NCBI GenBank assembly: GCA_017445875.1
Contig: JAFSRZ010000005.1
Coordinates: 5,251 to 69,250, forward strand
Source of the DNA: Oscillospiraceae bacterium
GTDB lineage: Bacteria; Bacillota; Clostridia; Oscillospirales; Oscillospiraceae
DNA: 64,000 nucleotides
Direction: 5' to 3'
Numbering within the stretch: position 1 is the first letter of the stretch; each line of letters starts with the position of its first letter. The position numbers and the translations under genes were made by a program. The notes beneath the pieces are model-generated. The model had not been told where the DNA came from and ran no database searches. It saw only the letters and a program-made list of their open reading frames with translations. This document shows, in pieces, positions 48,977 through 58,216 of this stretch.

Positions 48977-49729
48977 ATGGGTACTGTATTTCGCGTCGCC
49001 ACAAAGGACAAACGCCCCAAATCTCACCTGCCTGTGGCGATTCTGATTGACAAGAGCCTCTCCACCGGCAACATACGCGGCATTATGGAGACTTGCGCAC
49101 GCGAACTCCTGCAACGTCTCAAAGCCGAACTGACGTTCAAGGGCATTGTCGAAGTGCTGATTGTCTTTTTCAGCGACACCTATCAGGAAGCGGACTTCAC
49201 GCCGCTGGACAACATCGACCCCGCGAAATTTGTCGTGCCCGAAAGCGAAGGCACCACCAACACCGGAAAAGCCCTGCTGTACGCGCTCGGACAATTCAAA
49301 GAAAGAAAAATTGTCTGGCAACAGGCCGGGGAGGACTATTTCCAGCCGCTGATGTTCCTGCTGACGGACGGCAAGCCGACCGCCGGGGAACTCCAAAACC
49401 CCAAGTACGCCGAAGCCCACGCCAAAGCGGAAAAGGAAGTCAAAGAGGCCTACGCGGAGGCGGCACGGGAAATCCGGGCATGGGAGGACGGAAGAAAGCT
49501 GATATTTATCGCGGCGGGCGTACAGCGCCGCGACGGCGAAAGCGCCGATATGGACAGTCTGCACGAGTTGAGCGAACATGACGACCACATTTTTTCGGTC
49601 ACGGACGGCGAGGGCTTAGACGGCGTACAGCGCTTTTTCAACGAAATTTACACCATGACGCAACTGGTCTACAAACGGACGCCGCTATCGGAACTCCTGA
49701 AAGACGCCTTGGACAATCCCCTCGGCTGA
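48977..49729 (+). CDS. TerY-like von Willebrand factor A domain protein
   Basis: HLPVAILIDKSLS (DxSxS), GTTNTGKAL, YFQPLMFLLTDGKPT; SD AAGGAGG. Confidence 0.88.
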   Translation: MGTVFRVATKDKRPKSHLPVAILIDKSLSTGNIRGIMETCARELLQRLKAELTFKGIVEVLIVFFSDTYQEADFTPLDNIDPAKFVVPESEGTTNTGKALLYALGQFKERKIVWQQAGEDYFQPLMFLLTDGKPTAGELQNPKYAEAHAKAEKEVKEAYAEAAREIRAWEDGRKLIFIAAGVQRRDGESADMDSLHELSEHDDHIFSVTDGEGLDGVQRFFNEIYTMTQLVYKRTPLSELLKDALDNPLG

Positions 49730-50021
49730 CAGCGTTGCCCCGTGCCATAAAAATATTTTCGTGTACTTGTACAAAAATTCAAGTGCTTCTTTGTGCAATA
49801 CAACGCGAAATATGACGTTATCGACAAACGCGACGGTATATTTTCGTGCAAAATATACAAATTTTTCCGGGAGGCCGTCAAGGAAATGTCAATCATTGTT
49901 TTGACGCCGCTGGTATAATGGACGCATAAAGTTTGGGGCGGCTGTGAGACCCCATGCACCTTTGCAATGACACGGTGCGCGGGACAGATTGTGACATTTC
50001 GCGGAATGGAAGGGGAGTACG

Positions 50022-51662
50022 ATGGACAATAAATGGATATGTCCGGCATGCGGCGCGGAGAACGTCGAAAAGAATACTTTGAGCGGCATCTGTTGGAGAT
50101 GCGGCAAACTCAAGAATATGGATATGTTCGACCCGGAACCGGACAGGGCAACGACAAAAAAAGCGGATACGGCGACAACAGCGAATCCGCGTGAAGTGTT
50201 CCCGGACCCGGACAAAACGGACAAAACGACAACAGCGAATCCGCGTGAAGTGTTCCCGGACCCGGACAAAACGGACAAAACGAAAACAGCAAATCCGCGT
50301 GAAGTGTTCCCGGACCCGGACGACGGAACGACAAACCCGGAACCCGACGACGGAACAACAAACCCGGAGGCGGACGACGGAACGAAAAACCCGAAGCCGG
50401 ACAACGGAACGACAAACCCGGAATCGAACAGAGGACGGGGGGAGACACACACCGCAACGGACGAAGATTCCTCCCGGCGGCGTTCGGGCTGTATGGTATG
50501 GCTGGTCGGACTTGTCGCGGCGCTGGTACTGCTGGGCGTCGGGATATACTTCATGAAAACGCCGCCCGTGACGACACCACCGGATGACGGCACCACCGAC
50601 GAAGGAGACGCGCACCCGTGGGCGGGGAAATTGCTCTATGTCGACGGCGTGAACGTGTCGCTGTACGCGCCGCTGGAAGGCTACAAGCCGGAATCTATGG
50701 CGCGTATGGGCAGTGTGGTCTACTTCACGCAGGAGGGCGGGCTGTACTTCCTGAAAAACGGGGAAGTGTCGCAAATCGACTTGGACGGCTGGGAGGCACA
50801 GACTGTCCGTGTCTGGAATGACGAGGAAGTGTTTGTCCTGACGCGTCCGCGGGAGGAGGACGGCGCGTACCGCTACACCATTCTGCATGTTTACGCGAAC
50901 TCATACGCGGAAGACAGTCTGCTCAGCGCACACTTCACCACCGAATACGGGGACACAATCGCGGACTTTGACATGTACCCGACGGATTTCGCCGTATCTC
51001 CGAACGGCAAAACGCTGTGGCTGATTACCCGCCACTTGAAAACTCCGTTATACGACGGGGACACCGAGTACAAGAGCGATACAGAATATACGCTGGACTG
51101 CTGTTACTACAGCACGGACAGCGGACGCTATGAGACGGAGACACTCGAAACCAAAGCGGTATTTGAGTACATGGTACCCGATACGAACAGGCCGTACATG
51201 CTCTTTGACGCGGACGGAAACCTGTACATTACGGGGCCGGAGGACGCGTTTGTCCGGATTCTGCGCAAGGATGAGCGCGTGTTGGAGACGTTCGCGGGAC
51301 AGACGATGGACTTGCCCGGCGCAAGTGACGCTGTCATCGGCGTACACGGGCGGAATGATTCCGGGGCGGTGACATTCCTGTACCCGACGGCGCTGGCACT
51401 CGACGGACAGTATTTGTACGTCGTGGACGAGGGAACCGTGCGGCGGATTCCGCTCGACGGCGTGCCGGCCGAGGGTATTGACACGCTGGCGGGGAACGTC
51501 ACGGACAACGCGCAAACCGTTTTGGCGGGGGCGACTGTCAGCGGCGCGGAGGCGCTTCTGTCCACGAGTGCGCGTTCCGGGCTGATAACTCTCGACGACG
51601 CGTTACTGCTCAGCGACCCGGAAACGGGCGTCGTGTATACCATTTCAACGAAAGAAGGATGA
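50022..51662 (+). CDS. Zinc ribbon / tandem repeats / TM / extracellular beta-propeller (NHL-like) protein
   Basis: WICPACG..CWRCG, repeat linker, TM MVWLVGLVAALVLLGVGIYF, PTDFAVSPNGK, PTALALDGQYLYVVD. Confidence 0.75.
   Translation: MDNKWICPACGAENVEKNTLSGICWRCGKLKNMDMFDPEPDRATTKKADTATTANPREVFPDPDKTDKTTTANPREVFPDPDKTDKTKTANPREVFPDPDDGTTNPEPDDGTTNPEADDGTKNPKPDNGTTNPESNRGRGETHTATDEDSSRRRSGCMVWLVGLVAALVLLGVGIYFMKTPPVTTPPDDGTTDEGDAHPWAGKLLYVDGVNVSLYAPLEGYKPESMARMGSVVYFTQEGGLYFLKNGEVSQIDLDGWEAQTVRVWNDEEVFVLTRPREEDGAYRYTILHVYANSYAEDSLLSAHFTTEYGDTIADFDMYPTDFAVSPNGKTLWLITRHLKTPLYDGDTEYKSDTEYTLDCCYYSTDSGRYETETLETKAVFEYMVPDTNRPYMLFDADGNLYITGPEDAFVRILRKDERVLETFAGQTMDLPGASDAVIGVHGRNDSGAVTFLYPTALALDGQYLYVVDEGTVRRIPLDGVPAEGIDTLAGNVTDNAQTVLAGATVSGAEALLSTSARSGLITLDDALLLSDPETGVVYTISTKEG
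50173..50428 (+). repeat. Coding tandem repeats (54 bp x about 3, then 27 bp x about 4)
   Basis: TTANPREVFPDPDKTDKT units at 50173, 50227, 50281, then GTTNPEPDD-type units. Confidence 0.85.
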
Positions 51663-51668
51663 TACCCC

Positions 51669-53138
51669 ATGAAAAGAACGTTGCACAAACTCCTGTGCGG
51701 ACTGCTTGCCGCGCTGACGCTGATGAGTGTCTCATTAGCGTCGGAAAAAATTCAAGTGGCGGCGTCGCTCAGCACGGTGGGGAGCGTCTCCAGCGCGGTC
51801 AACGCCGTGCGGGAACAACTCCAAAACATCGCGGACAGCGGCATGCTGGACACGTCGGAGGGTTCCCGTGTCGCCACGCTGAGCGCGGAACTGGCGATTT
51901 ACAGCGCCGCAACCGCCGAAGTCCAAGATAGCGAATTGCTTCTTGACACCGAAACCCTGTACACCTTGCCGGAGACCAACGCCCCCACGATATCCGGGGA
52001 AAATACCATTCTCGCAACCGTACCGGAAAACGCCCTTTCCGTGACCTTGGCGGAACTGGCGGACAAAGCGCAGGAAGCCCGCGAATGTATCATGGACGAA
52101 ATCCGGGCGTACGGCGTCCAGACACTCTATGATTTACCCATTGCGGCACGCTTTCTCACGCCCGCGGATATCTCCGTCACGATTGACCCCGACATTGCCG
52201 GACTGGACATTCCCGTTTCGCTGGCGGTGCTGGACACCCCCTACTATCAGTTAAAGATAAGCCTTTCGGGCGTGCTGGAAAATCTGTCGGAACCGCTGAC
52301 CATTGACCTGCGCAACGCGGACGGGGACGGCAAAAAAATTGAGGTCACGCTTTCCGACGACGCCTTTGCCGGGTTCCTGACACTCTGCTTTGACAGCGAA
52401 GACACCGACTTGACTAAAATCGTCTTTATCATGGAAACCCCGAACGGCCCGGTATACAACCGCTACCGTTACAACGACATTACCGGGAAAATTGAGGGAC
52501 ATTTTGACAAGTCCGGCACAATCGAGTCCGGCACAACCGAGACAGTCAGCGCGGCTCCCAAAGGAAACTTCACGGATATGAGCAGTGCGCCGAAATCCAT
52601 ACAGGAAGCGGTGCGGAAAGCACAGCTTCAAGGCGCGGTCGCGGGCTATCCGGATGGCACATTCCGCCCGGATAACGGCGTGACGCGCCGGGCATTCGCA
52701 AAGATGTTAATGGAAATGCTCGACGAGACCGACTACCGCCTGAATATTTCCATGACCGATGTCCCGCGCAACGATTCCTTTTACCCGTACGTGGCGACTG
52801 TGGTTCGGAAAAAGTACATGACGGGATACACAGAGACCTTTTTCGGCGCGGCCGACCCCGTAACCCGTCAGCAGGAATGCGCCGTGATAGGACGCGTTCT
52901 GGAAAAGCGCGGCTACATGAAAACCATGACCGAAGACAAAATTGCCACGCAGATTCAGCGCTACAAGGACAGCAATCAGATTACTATCAAGGACGCCAGA
53001 GCCTGTATCGCGCTCCTGACGGAAAAAAAGGTCATCGCGCCCGACGCGAAGGGCAATTTTAACCCGACGCACAACATGAACCGTGGCGAAACAGTGGAAT
53101 TACTCGTCGCCCTGCTCGATGTCCCCTTCCAGTCGTAA
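51669..53138 (+). CDS. Secreted S-layer homology (3x SLH) domain protein
   Basis: Signal peptide; GYPDGTFRPDNGVTRRAF, FGAADPVTRQQ, FNPTHNMNRGE. Confidence 0.88.
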   Translation: MKRTLHKLLCGLLAALTLMSVSLASEKIQVAASLSTVGSVSSAVNAVREQLQNIADSGMLDTSEGSRVATLSAELAIYSAATAEVQDSELLLDTETLYTLPETNAPTISGENTILATVPENALSVTLAELADKAQEARECIMDEIRAYGVQTLYDLPIAARFLTPADISVTIDPDIAGLDIPVSLAVLDTPYYQLKISLSGVLENLSEPLTIDLRNADGDGKKIEVTLSDDAFAGFLTLCFDSEDTDLTKIVFIMETPNGPVYNRYRYNDITGKIEGHFDKSGTIESGTTETVSAAPKGNFTDMSSAPKSIQEAVRKAQLQGAVAGYPDGTFRPDNGVTRRAFAKMLMEMLDETDYRLNISMTDVPRNDSFYPYVATVVRKKYMTGYTETFFGAADPVTRQQECAVIGRVLEKRGYMKTMTEDKIATQIQRYKDSNQITIKDARACIALLTEKKVIAPDAKGNFNPTHNMNRGETVELLVALLDVPFQS

Positions 53139-53148
53139 ACACACGCTC

Positions 53149-53208
53149 TCCCCGCCGGGAATGTTGTCCGAAATCGCGCCACCCTCCCCGCCGGGGAGGG
53201 TACTTTTT
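53149..53208 (+). repeat. REP-like palindrome remnant, probably also a terminator after the SLH gene
   Basis: TGTCCGAAATCGCGCCACCCTCCCCGCCGGGGAGGGT followed by a T-run; shares sequence with the MITE left arm. Confidence 0.6.
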
Positions 53209-53293
53209 TGTCAAGAATCCTTGTACACATACAGTCTGAATCTGTGCAGGATGTTTCTTGAAATCGGGCGAAGTGTCGCTATAATATTCCACA

Positions 53294-53392
53294 GGCAGAG
53301 TAGGCGCGCAGGCCGCAGACCGGAAAGACGGGGAGTTGCTTTCCGGCGGGCGGGACATGGTTCCGTCAGGATACGCGCCGCATCCCGCTGCC
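53294..53392 (+). ncRNA. THF riboswitch
   Basis: GGCAGAGTAGG...GACGGGAGTTGC...GCATCCCGCTGCC pattern; downstream of TTGAAA-16-TATAAT and upstream of a folate ECF S-component. Confidence 0.85.
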
Positions 53393-53458
53393 GTATGGGG
53401 CTTCCCGTGCGGCACATCCGAAAACGGACTGCCAATCTTTTACAGGAGGCTCTTTCTT

Positions 53459-54040
53459 ATGACACCTGTCCGTTACGCTCATCCGTTCTCGGCGGCGTAC
53501 TGGCGCGACGCCGCCGCCGAAATCCGCGACTTGCGGAAACTGGTCTTTGCCGCGCTCATGATTGCGCTTTGCATTGTGCTGGGCTATCTCCCGGCGGTTA
53601 CGCTTCCCTACGGCGGGCGCGTGACATGGGGCTTTCTGGCGCGGGCGCTGTGCGGGTACGTCTGCGGCCCGGTGCTGGGGGTGCTGTTCGGGTTCGCGGA
53701 GGATATCCTGAGTTTCTTTCTGACGGGCGGGGGCGGGTATCCGTTCTTCTTCGGCTACACGCTCACGACTATGCTTGGCGTGCTGATATACGCGCTGTTT
53801 CTGTATCGGGCGGACTTGACGGTGTGGCGCGTCGTCGCGGCGAAACTGCTCACAAACGTGGAGAATGTCGTACTGGGCGCGTTGTGGATGTCGATACTCA
53901 GCGGCAAGGCGTATCTGGTAACGGCGTCGGCGAGCGCTATTAAGAATCTGGTGATGTTGCCGGTACAGGCGGCTTTGCTGTACGGACTGCTGACGCTTCT
54001 GTTACCGCCCCTGAAACGCGCCGGACTGATTTCGCGCTGA
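53459..54040 (+). CDS. folT: Folate ECF transporter S-component
   Basis: LVFAALMIALCIVL, GPVLG...EDIL, YPFFFGYTL; THF riboswitch upstream. Confidence 0.88.
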   Translation: MTPVRYAHPFSAAYWRDAAAEIRDLRKLVFAALMIALCIVLGYLPAVTLPYGGRVTWGFLARALCGYVCGPVLGVLFGFAEDILSFFLTGGGGYPFFFGYTLTTMLGVLIYALFLYRADLTVWRVVAAKLLTNVENVVLGALWMSILSGKAYLVTASASAIKNLVMLPVQAALLYGLLTLLLPPLKRAGLISR

Positions 54041-54166
54041 TAACACTGTCCGAAACGGCGCAACGCGCCACGCAACACAAAGCGCCCTCTCCCGTATGAC
54101 ACGGGGGAGGGCGTTGCAATGTCCGGACGCGTCGGGCTTCCCCGGCGTCCGACACGACCCGGCGAC

Positions 54167-55741
54167 TTACGCTGTTTTCAGGTGTATAACGCACTCCGGC
54201 AGATTATAGAAGGGTTCCTGTGCCGTCGGCGACAGGTTTTCCACAACGTTCGACTGCATGAGTACCGTATTACACGCGAAGCAAATCGGGATTATCGGAG
54301 ACTGTTCTTTGAGATGTTGACAGAGATTGCGCATGGCCTCGACGCGGTCGGACGCCGCGACGTACTGCTCTAACAGTCCAGCCATACGGGCGTCAGACCA
54401 GCCGCTGTAATTGAGATTCCCCCACGACGCCACCAGCGCCGACAAATTCCAGTCGGCGGTCATACGGGTTTCGCAGTAGCACAAGTCGAACTCCCGATTC
54501 CGCGCCGCCTCCCGGAAGGCCTCCCACGGCAGGGACTTGACCTGTACGGGGATTCCCATGGCGCGGTAGTTCTCGGCGATGGACTTCGCCACGGATACTT
54601 TGAAACTGTTGTCGGAGTTGACCAGTAATTTGAGTGTGCGGCTGCCCTCGTACCACATGGAGTTGAGCATTTCGGAGACAGTTTCTACGGAGTAATCGGT
54701 TTCAAGGTCTGTGGGGTACAGTCGGGAATTGGGGCTGACCGGGAACTGTGACGGCGTACCGTGTCCGGACAAAAACGCGCTGACGATACTTTCCCGGTTG
54801 ATTCCGGTCATGAGGGCGCGGCGGAACGTCGTAATATTCATAGGCCACGCGGCTTCTGTGTTGCAGACAAGGTAATGGATATCGGTTGTAGCGGCGTCGG
54901 CGTAGCGGATATCACCCGTGACACCCACCGACGCGCCGGAGCTGAAGTCCGTTACCATTAACTGTACGTCGTGGGAACTGAACTTGTAGAGCAGGGACGC
55001 GCCCACGTCCACAAGCGCGATACGTTCGACGGGACGTGTCAGGCCGCGCCACCAGTTGGCGTTAGGTGCCAGACACGAGCCGTAATCGTCGACATTGTAG
55101 CGGTAAGGCCCCGTGCCTAACGGGGCGCGACCGTTGCCCTGTTTACAGATTGGCACGTCCAGCAGAGCCGGGAAACCGCTGTTGGGCGCGTTGAGATTGA
55201 TAGTCACGGACATGTCTTTGGATGTAATGGAGGTAATGCGGGAGAGGCGGGAGCGGTAACGTGCCGACTCGCGGGCGCGTTCGAGTGATTTCCGCACGTC
55301 CGCGCCGGTTAAGTACGAGCCGTCGGAGAACGCCACTTCCCAGCGCAGATTGAACGTGTAGGACGTGAAATTGTCGTTACAGGTGTAGCGTTCGCAAAGA
55401 TAATTTTCAGGCTCTAACTGTTCGTCGAGCCGGAAGAGGCCTTCGTACATCAGCGACGCCACGACCTGTTGCGCGCCGTCTGGGCAGTCGTAGGGGTTCA
55501 TGGACTTGTCCGCCTCGTAGGGCAGGGAGAAGCGCCACGGGAGACTTGCCTGTGACGGTTTAGTTTCGGTCTTGACTGTTTCCTGTTCTTCAATGGGAAT
55601 GAGGCCGCTTTCCTCGCGGTCAAGTTCCTCCTCGTCGGACGCGCACGCGCTCAGCAACACGCACAGCGTCAGCGACCAACACAACAGCCGCCGGGCGCGT
55701 ACAGCGGACTTGAACCATATCATATTTCGGAAAAGGCGCAC
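54167..55741 (-). CDS. ABC transporter substrate-binding lipoprotein (family 5)
   Basis: Lipobox LSAC, YEGLF, FSDGS.LT..DV, PLGTGPY; GTG start after GGGAGG. Confidence 0.85.
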   Translation of the reverse strand: MRLFRNMIWFKSAVRARRLLCWSLTLCVLLSACASDEEELDREESGLIPIEEQETVKTETKPSQASLPWRFSLPYEADKSMNPYDCPDGAQQVVASLMYEGLFRLDEQLEPENYLCERYTCNDNFTSYTFNLRWEVAFSDGSYLTGADVRKSLERARESARYRSRLSRITSITSKDMSVTINLNAPNSGFPALLDVPICKQGNGRAPLGTGPYRYNVDDYGSCLAPNANWWRGLTRPVERIALVDVGASLLYKFSSHDVQLMVTDFSSGASVGVTGDIRYADAATTDIHYLVCNTEAAWPMNITTFRRALMTGINRESIVSAFLSGHGTPSQFPVSPNSRLYPTDLETDYSVETVSEMLNSMWYEGSRTLKLLVNSDNSFKVSVAKSIAENYRAMGIPVQVKSLPWEAFREAARNREFDLCYCETRMTADWNLSALVASWGNLNYSGWSDARMAGLLEQYVAASDRVEAMRNLCQHLKEQSPIIPICFACNTVLMQSNVVENLSPTAQEPFYNLPECVIHLKTA

Positions 55742-55767
55742 GGAATCCCTCCCTATCATCGGAAAAT

Positions 55768-55804
55768 CCCCTGAAATCACCGTGAACCGGTCATTTCAGG
55801 GGGT
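55768..55804. terminator. Hairpin downstream of the tRNA pair
   Basis: CCCCTGAAAT / ATTTCAGGGG stem. Confidence 0.6.
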
Positions 55805-55812
55805 CCCATGTG

Positions 55813-55906
55813 TGGCGCAGAAGGAGGGATTTGAACCCTCGCGCCGGGTTTTAACCAGCCTACTCCCTTAGCAGGGGAGCCCCTTCGGCCTCTTGGGTAC
55901 TTCTGC
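55813..55906 (-). tRNA. tRNA-Ser(GCT)
   Basis: GCAGAAG..anticodon loop CTGCTAA, long variable arm, GGTTCAAATCC, CCA end. Confidence 0.95.
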
Positions 55907-55940
55907 ATTGCGTATGATGGGCTTGAAATGGTACCACGAC

Positions 55941-56031
55941 TGGCGGAGAGGGTGGGATTTGAACCCACGGACGTGGAACACACGTCGCCGGTTTTCAAGA
56001 CCGGTTCCATCAACCGCTCGGACACCTCTCC
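55941..56031 (-). tRNA. tRNA-Ser(TGA)
   Basis: GGAGAGG..anticodon loop CTTGAAA, long variable arm, GGTTCAAATCC, CCA end. Confidence 0.95.
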
Positions 56032-56097
56032 AAATATTTCCAACTGCCACGCGTTCAACGGGCGTCGGCGCTTGGAAACGTCCTCGGACTGTCGGAC

Positions 56098-56127
56098 AGT
56101 ATACCACACTTCTTACGGCTTTGTCAA
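56098..56127 (-). promoter_or_regulatory. Promoter for the tRNA-Ser pair
   Basis: TTGACA-18bp-TATACT with extended TG on minus strand. Confidence 0.7.
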
Positions 56128-56292
56128 CTGTTATTTGAAAAAGTTTTGCGGTTTGCCCGCAAAAAAAGCGGAAATCGGTCATTTTGTGTCAATTCGACTA
56201 CTTTCCACGAAATCGCGGTTGTATTGCCGCCGGAAATCGTGTAAAATGACAGGCAAGGAAAAATACTGTTCAGGCGGAAAGGGGTCTTGCCC

Positions 56293-57033
56293 ATGTTATT
56301 GTATATTCTTTCCAGCGTGGTGGCGTTGGGACTGCTAATTGTCGACCAGTGGTCGAAAGCGTGGGTCACGCAACATATGAACCTCGGCGAAACCGCGCCT
56401 TTGTTCGGAAATCTGCTGGAACTCAACTGCGTCCACAATTACGGCGTGGCGTGGTCACTGTTTTCTGGTATGCGCTGGCTACTGGTCATCGTGACAGGGT
56501 GTATTGTCGTGGCGGTGGCGGCGGTGCTGGCGCTTCGGCTGATACGTCACCCGGCGGGCGTGTTCGCGGCGTTTCTGATTCTCAGCGGCGGACTGGGCAA
56601 TCTGATAGACCGTATCTTCCGGGGATACGTCGTGGATATGATTCACCTGTTATTCTGGCCGAGTTACCCCACGTTCAATGTCGCGGACATGTGCGTGGTG
56701 ACGGGGTGCGTTATCTGGATATTCTACGCCTTACTGGCGCACGAACCCTCCCCGGAACAGTTAGCGAAACAGCGGGAGAAAGTCCGGGCGGCGCGTCAGG
56801 CGCGGAAAAATGCCCTCATGCGGGAGCGTCACGGCGCGAGCAGTGTACGCACGTCGGTGGACTACGGGAGCGGCGACGTGAAGCCGTCCGGCGCGGGAAA
56901 CAACAGGAGCGGCGACGTGAAGCCGTCCGGCACGGGAAACAACAGGAGCGGCGACATGAAGCCGTCCGGCAACAAAGGCAATCCCGCCATAGACAAGGGC
57001 AGGGATAACGCGCCGGGAAGTGACACGCCGTGA
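56293..57033 (+). CDS. lspA: Lipoprotein signal peptidase II with C-terminal repeat extension
   Basis: DQWSK, NYGVAWS, GGLGNLIDR, VVDMI, FNVADM. Confidence 0.95.
   Translation: MLLYILSSVVALGLLIVDQWSKAWVTQHMNLGETAPLFGNLLELNCVHNYGVAWSLFSGMRWLLVIVTGCIVVAVAAVLALRLIRHPAGVFAAFLILSGGLGNLIDRIFRGYVVDMIHLLFWPSYPTFNVADMCVVTGCVIWIFYALLAHEPSPEQLAKQREKVRAARQARKNALMRERHGASSVRTSVDYGSGDVKPSGAGNNRSGDVKPSGTGNNRSGDMKPSGNKGNPAIDKGRDNAPGSDTP
56867..56970 (+). repeat. 39-bp coding tandem repeat in the lspA tail
   Basis: SGDVKPSG(A/T)GNNR units at 56867, 56906, 56945. Confidence 0.88.
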
Positions 57034-57926
57034 CGCTGTACGCCGATATTTCGGACAGCGGGACGCGCTTGGATACTTGGCTTGCCGCGCAGGTCGACAC
57101 CTTGACACGTTCGGCGGCGGCGCGTCTGCTGGAACACGGCGCGGTCACAGTCGATGGCGTGGCGGCGTCGAAAAGTACGCGTCTCCGCGGCGGCGAACAA
57201 ATTACGGTCACACTGCCGGAGCCGGAACCGTTGGACGTACGCCCGGAGAATATCCCGTTGGATGTGGTGTACGAGGATTCGGACGTGATAGTTGTCAATA
57301 AGCCCGTGGGAATGGTCGTACACCCCGCGCCCGGACACCCCGACGGAACCCTTGTCAACGCGTTACTGTACCACTGCGGCGGGACATTATCGGGAATCAA
57401 CGGCGCGTTGCGTCCGGGCATTGTACACCGTATCGACCGCGACACGACCGGCTTAATTATCGCCGCGAAAAACGATACCGCCCACCAGAGTTTAGCCGCG
57501 CAACTGCAAGACCATACCTTGTCGAGAATTTACCGTTGTCTGATAGTCGGCGCGCCGCGTGAGGACGCCGGAACCGTCAACGCGCCGATTGGGCGTTCCG
57601 CGAAAGACCGCAAGAAAATGGCGGTCACGCCGGACGGACGCCCCGCCGTGACACACTGGAAGGTTATCGAACGTCTGCGGGGCTGCGCTGACTTGGAATG
57701 TCGCCTTGAAACAGGCCGTACACACCAGATACGCGTACACATGGCGTATATCGGACATCCGGTGTTAGGGGATTCCGTGTACGGCGCGGCGGTGTCAGGA
57801 CTGACGGGGCAGTGTCTGCACGCAACGGGGTTACGGTTCGTCCACCCGCGCACGGGAGAGAGAATCGAATTATCATGCCCGTTGCCGGAAGAGTTCCTCC
57901 GCGCCCGCGACAAACGCAGATTGTGA
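57030..57926 (+). CDS. RluA/RluD family pseudouridine synthase
   Basis: S4 domain, VNKPVGMVVHP, HRIDRDTTG, TGRTHQIR. Confidence 0.95.
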   Translation: MTLYADISDSGTRLDTWLAAQVDTLTRSAAARLLEHGAVTVDGVAASKSTRLRGGEQITVTLPEPEPLDVRPENIPLDVVYEDSDVIVVNKPVGMVVHPAPGHPDGTLVNALLYHCGGTLSGINGALRPGIVHRIDRDTTGLIIAAKNDTAHQSLAAQLQDHTLSRIYRCLIVGAPREDAGTVNAPIGRSAKDRKKMAVTPDGRPAVTHWKVIERLRGCADLECRLETGRTHQIRVHMAYIGHPVLGDSVYGAAVSGLTGQCLHATGLRFVHPRTGERIELSCPLPEEFLRARDKRRL

Positions 57927-57939
57927 AACGGGGAATGTT

Positions 57940-58215
57940 ATGGAAATCAGATACACAAAGGCGGCGGCAAAGTATTTGGAATCTCTGGACAGAGAGACAA
58001 AACGCCGGATTCTCGCCGGAATTATGGGATTGACACAAACTCCACCCGTGGGAGACATTAAAACACTCAAAGGATATTCTGACGGGCGTCTCCGTCTCCG
58101 CGTGGGAAAATACCGTGTTGTATACAGGTATGACCGTGACGGCGTAATTGAGATTCTTCAAGTTCTTGACATCGACAGTCGCGGCGGGATTTATAAACGG
58201 AAGGAGAAGCGATAA
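57940..58215 (+). CDS. RelE/ParE family toxin
   Basis: IRYTKAAAKYL..GDIKTLKG..RLRVGKYRVVY..IDSRGGIYK. Confidence 0.9.
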   Translation: MEIRYTKAAAKYLESLDRETKRRILAGIMGLTQTPPVGDIKTLKGYSDGRLRLRVGKYRVVYRYDRDGVIEILQVLDIDSRGGIYKRKEKR

Positions 58216-58216
58216 T

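Noticed and set aside
36000-56031. Accessory region as a tRNA-integrated element or prophage
   Set aside because: No integrase, phage or conjugation genes and no duplicated tRNA 3' end seen; folT and an ABC binding protein lie between the cluster and the tRNAs
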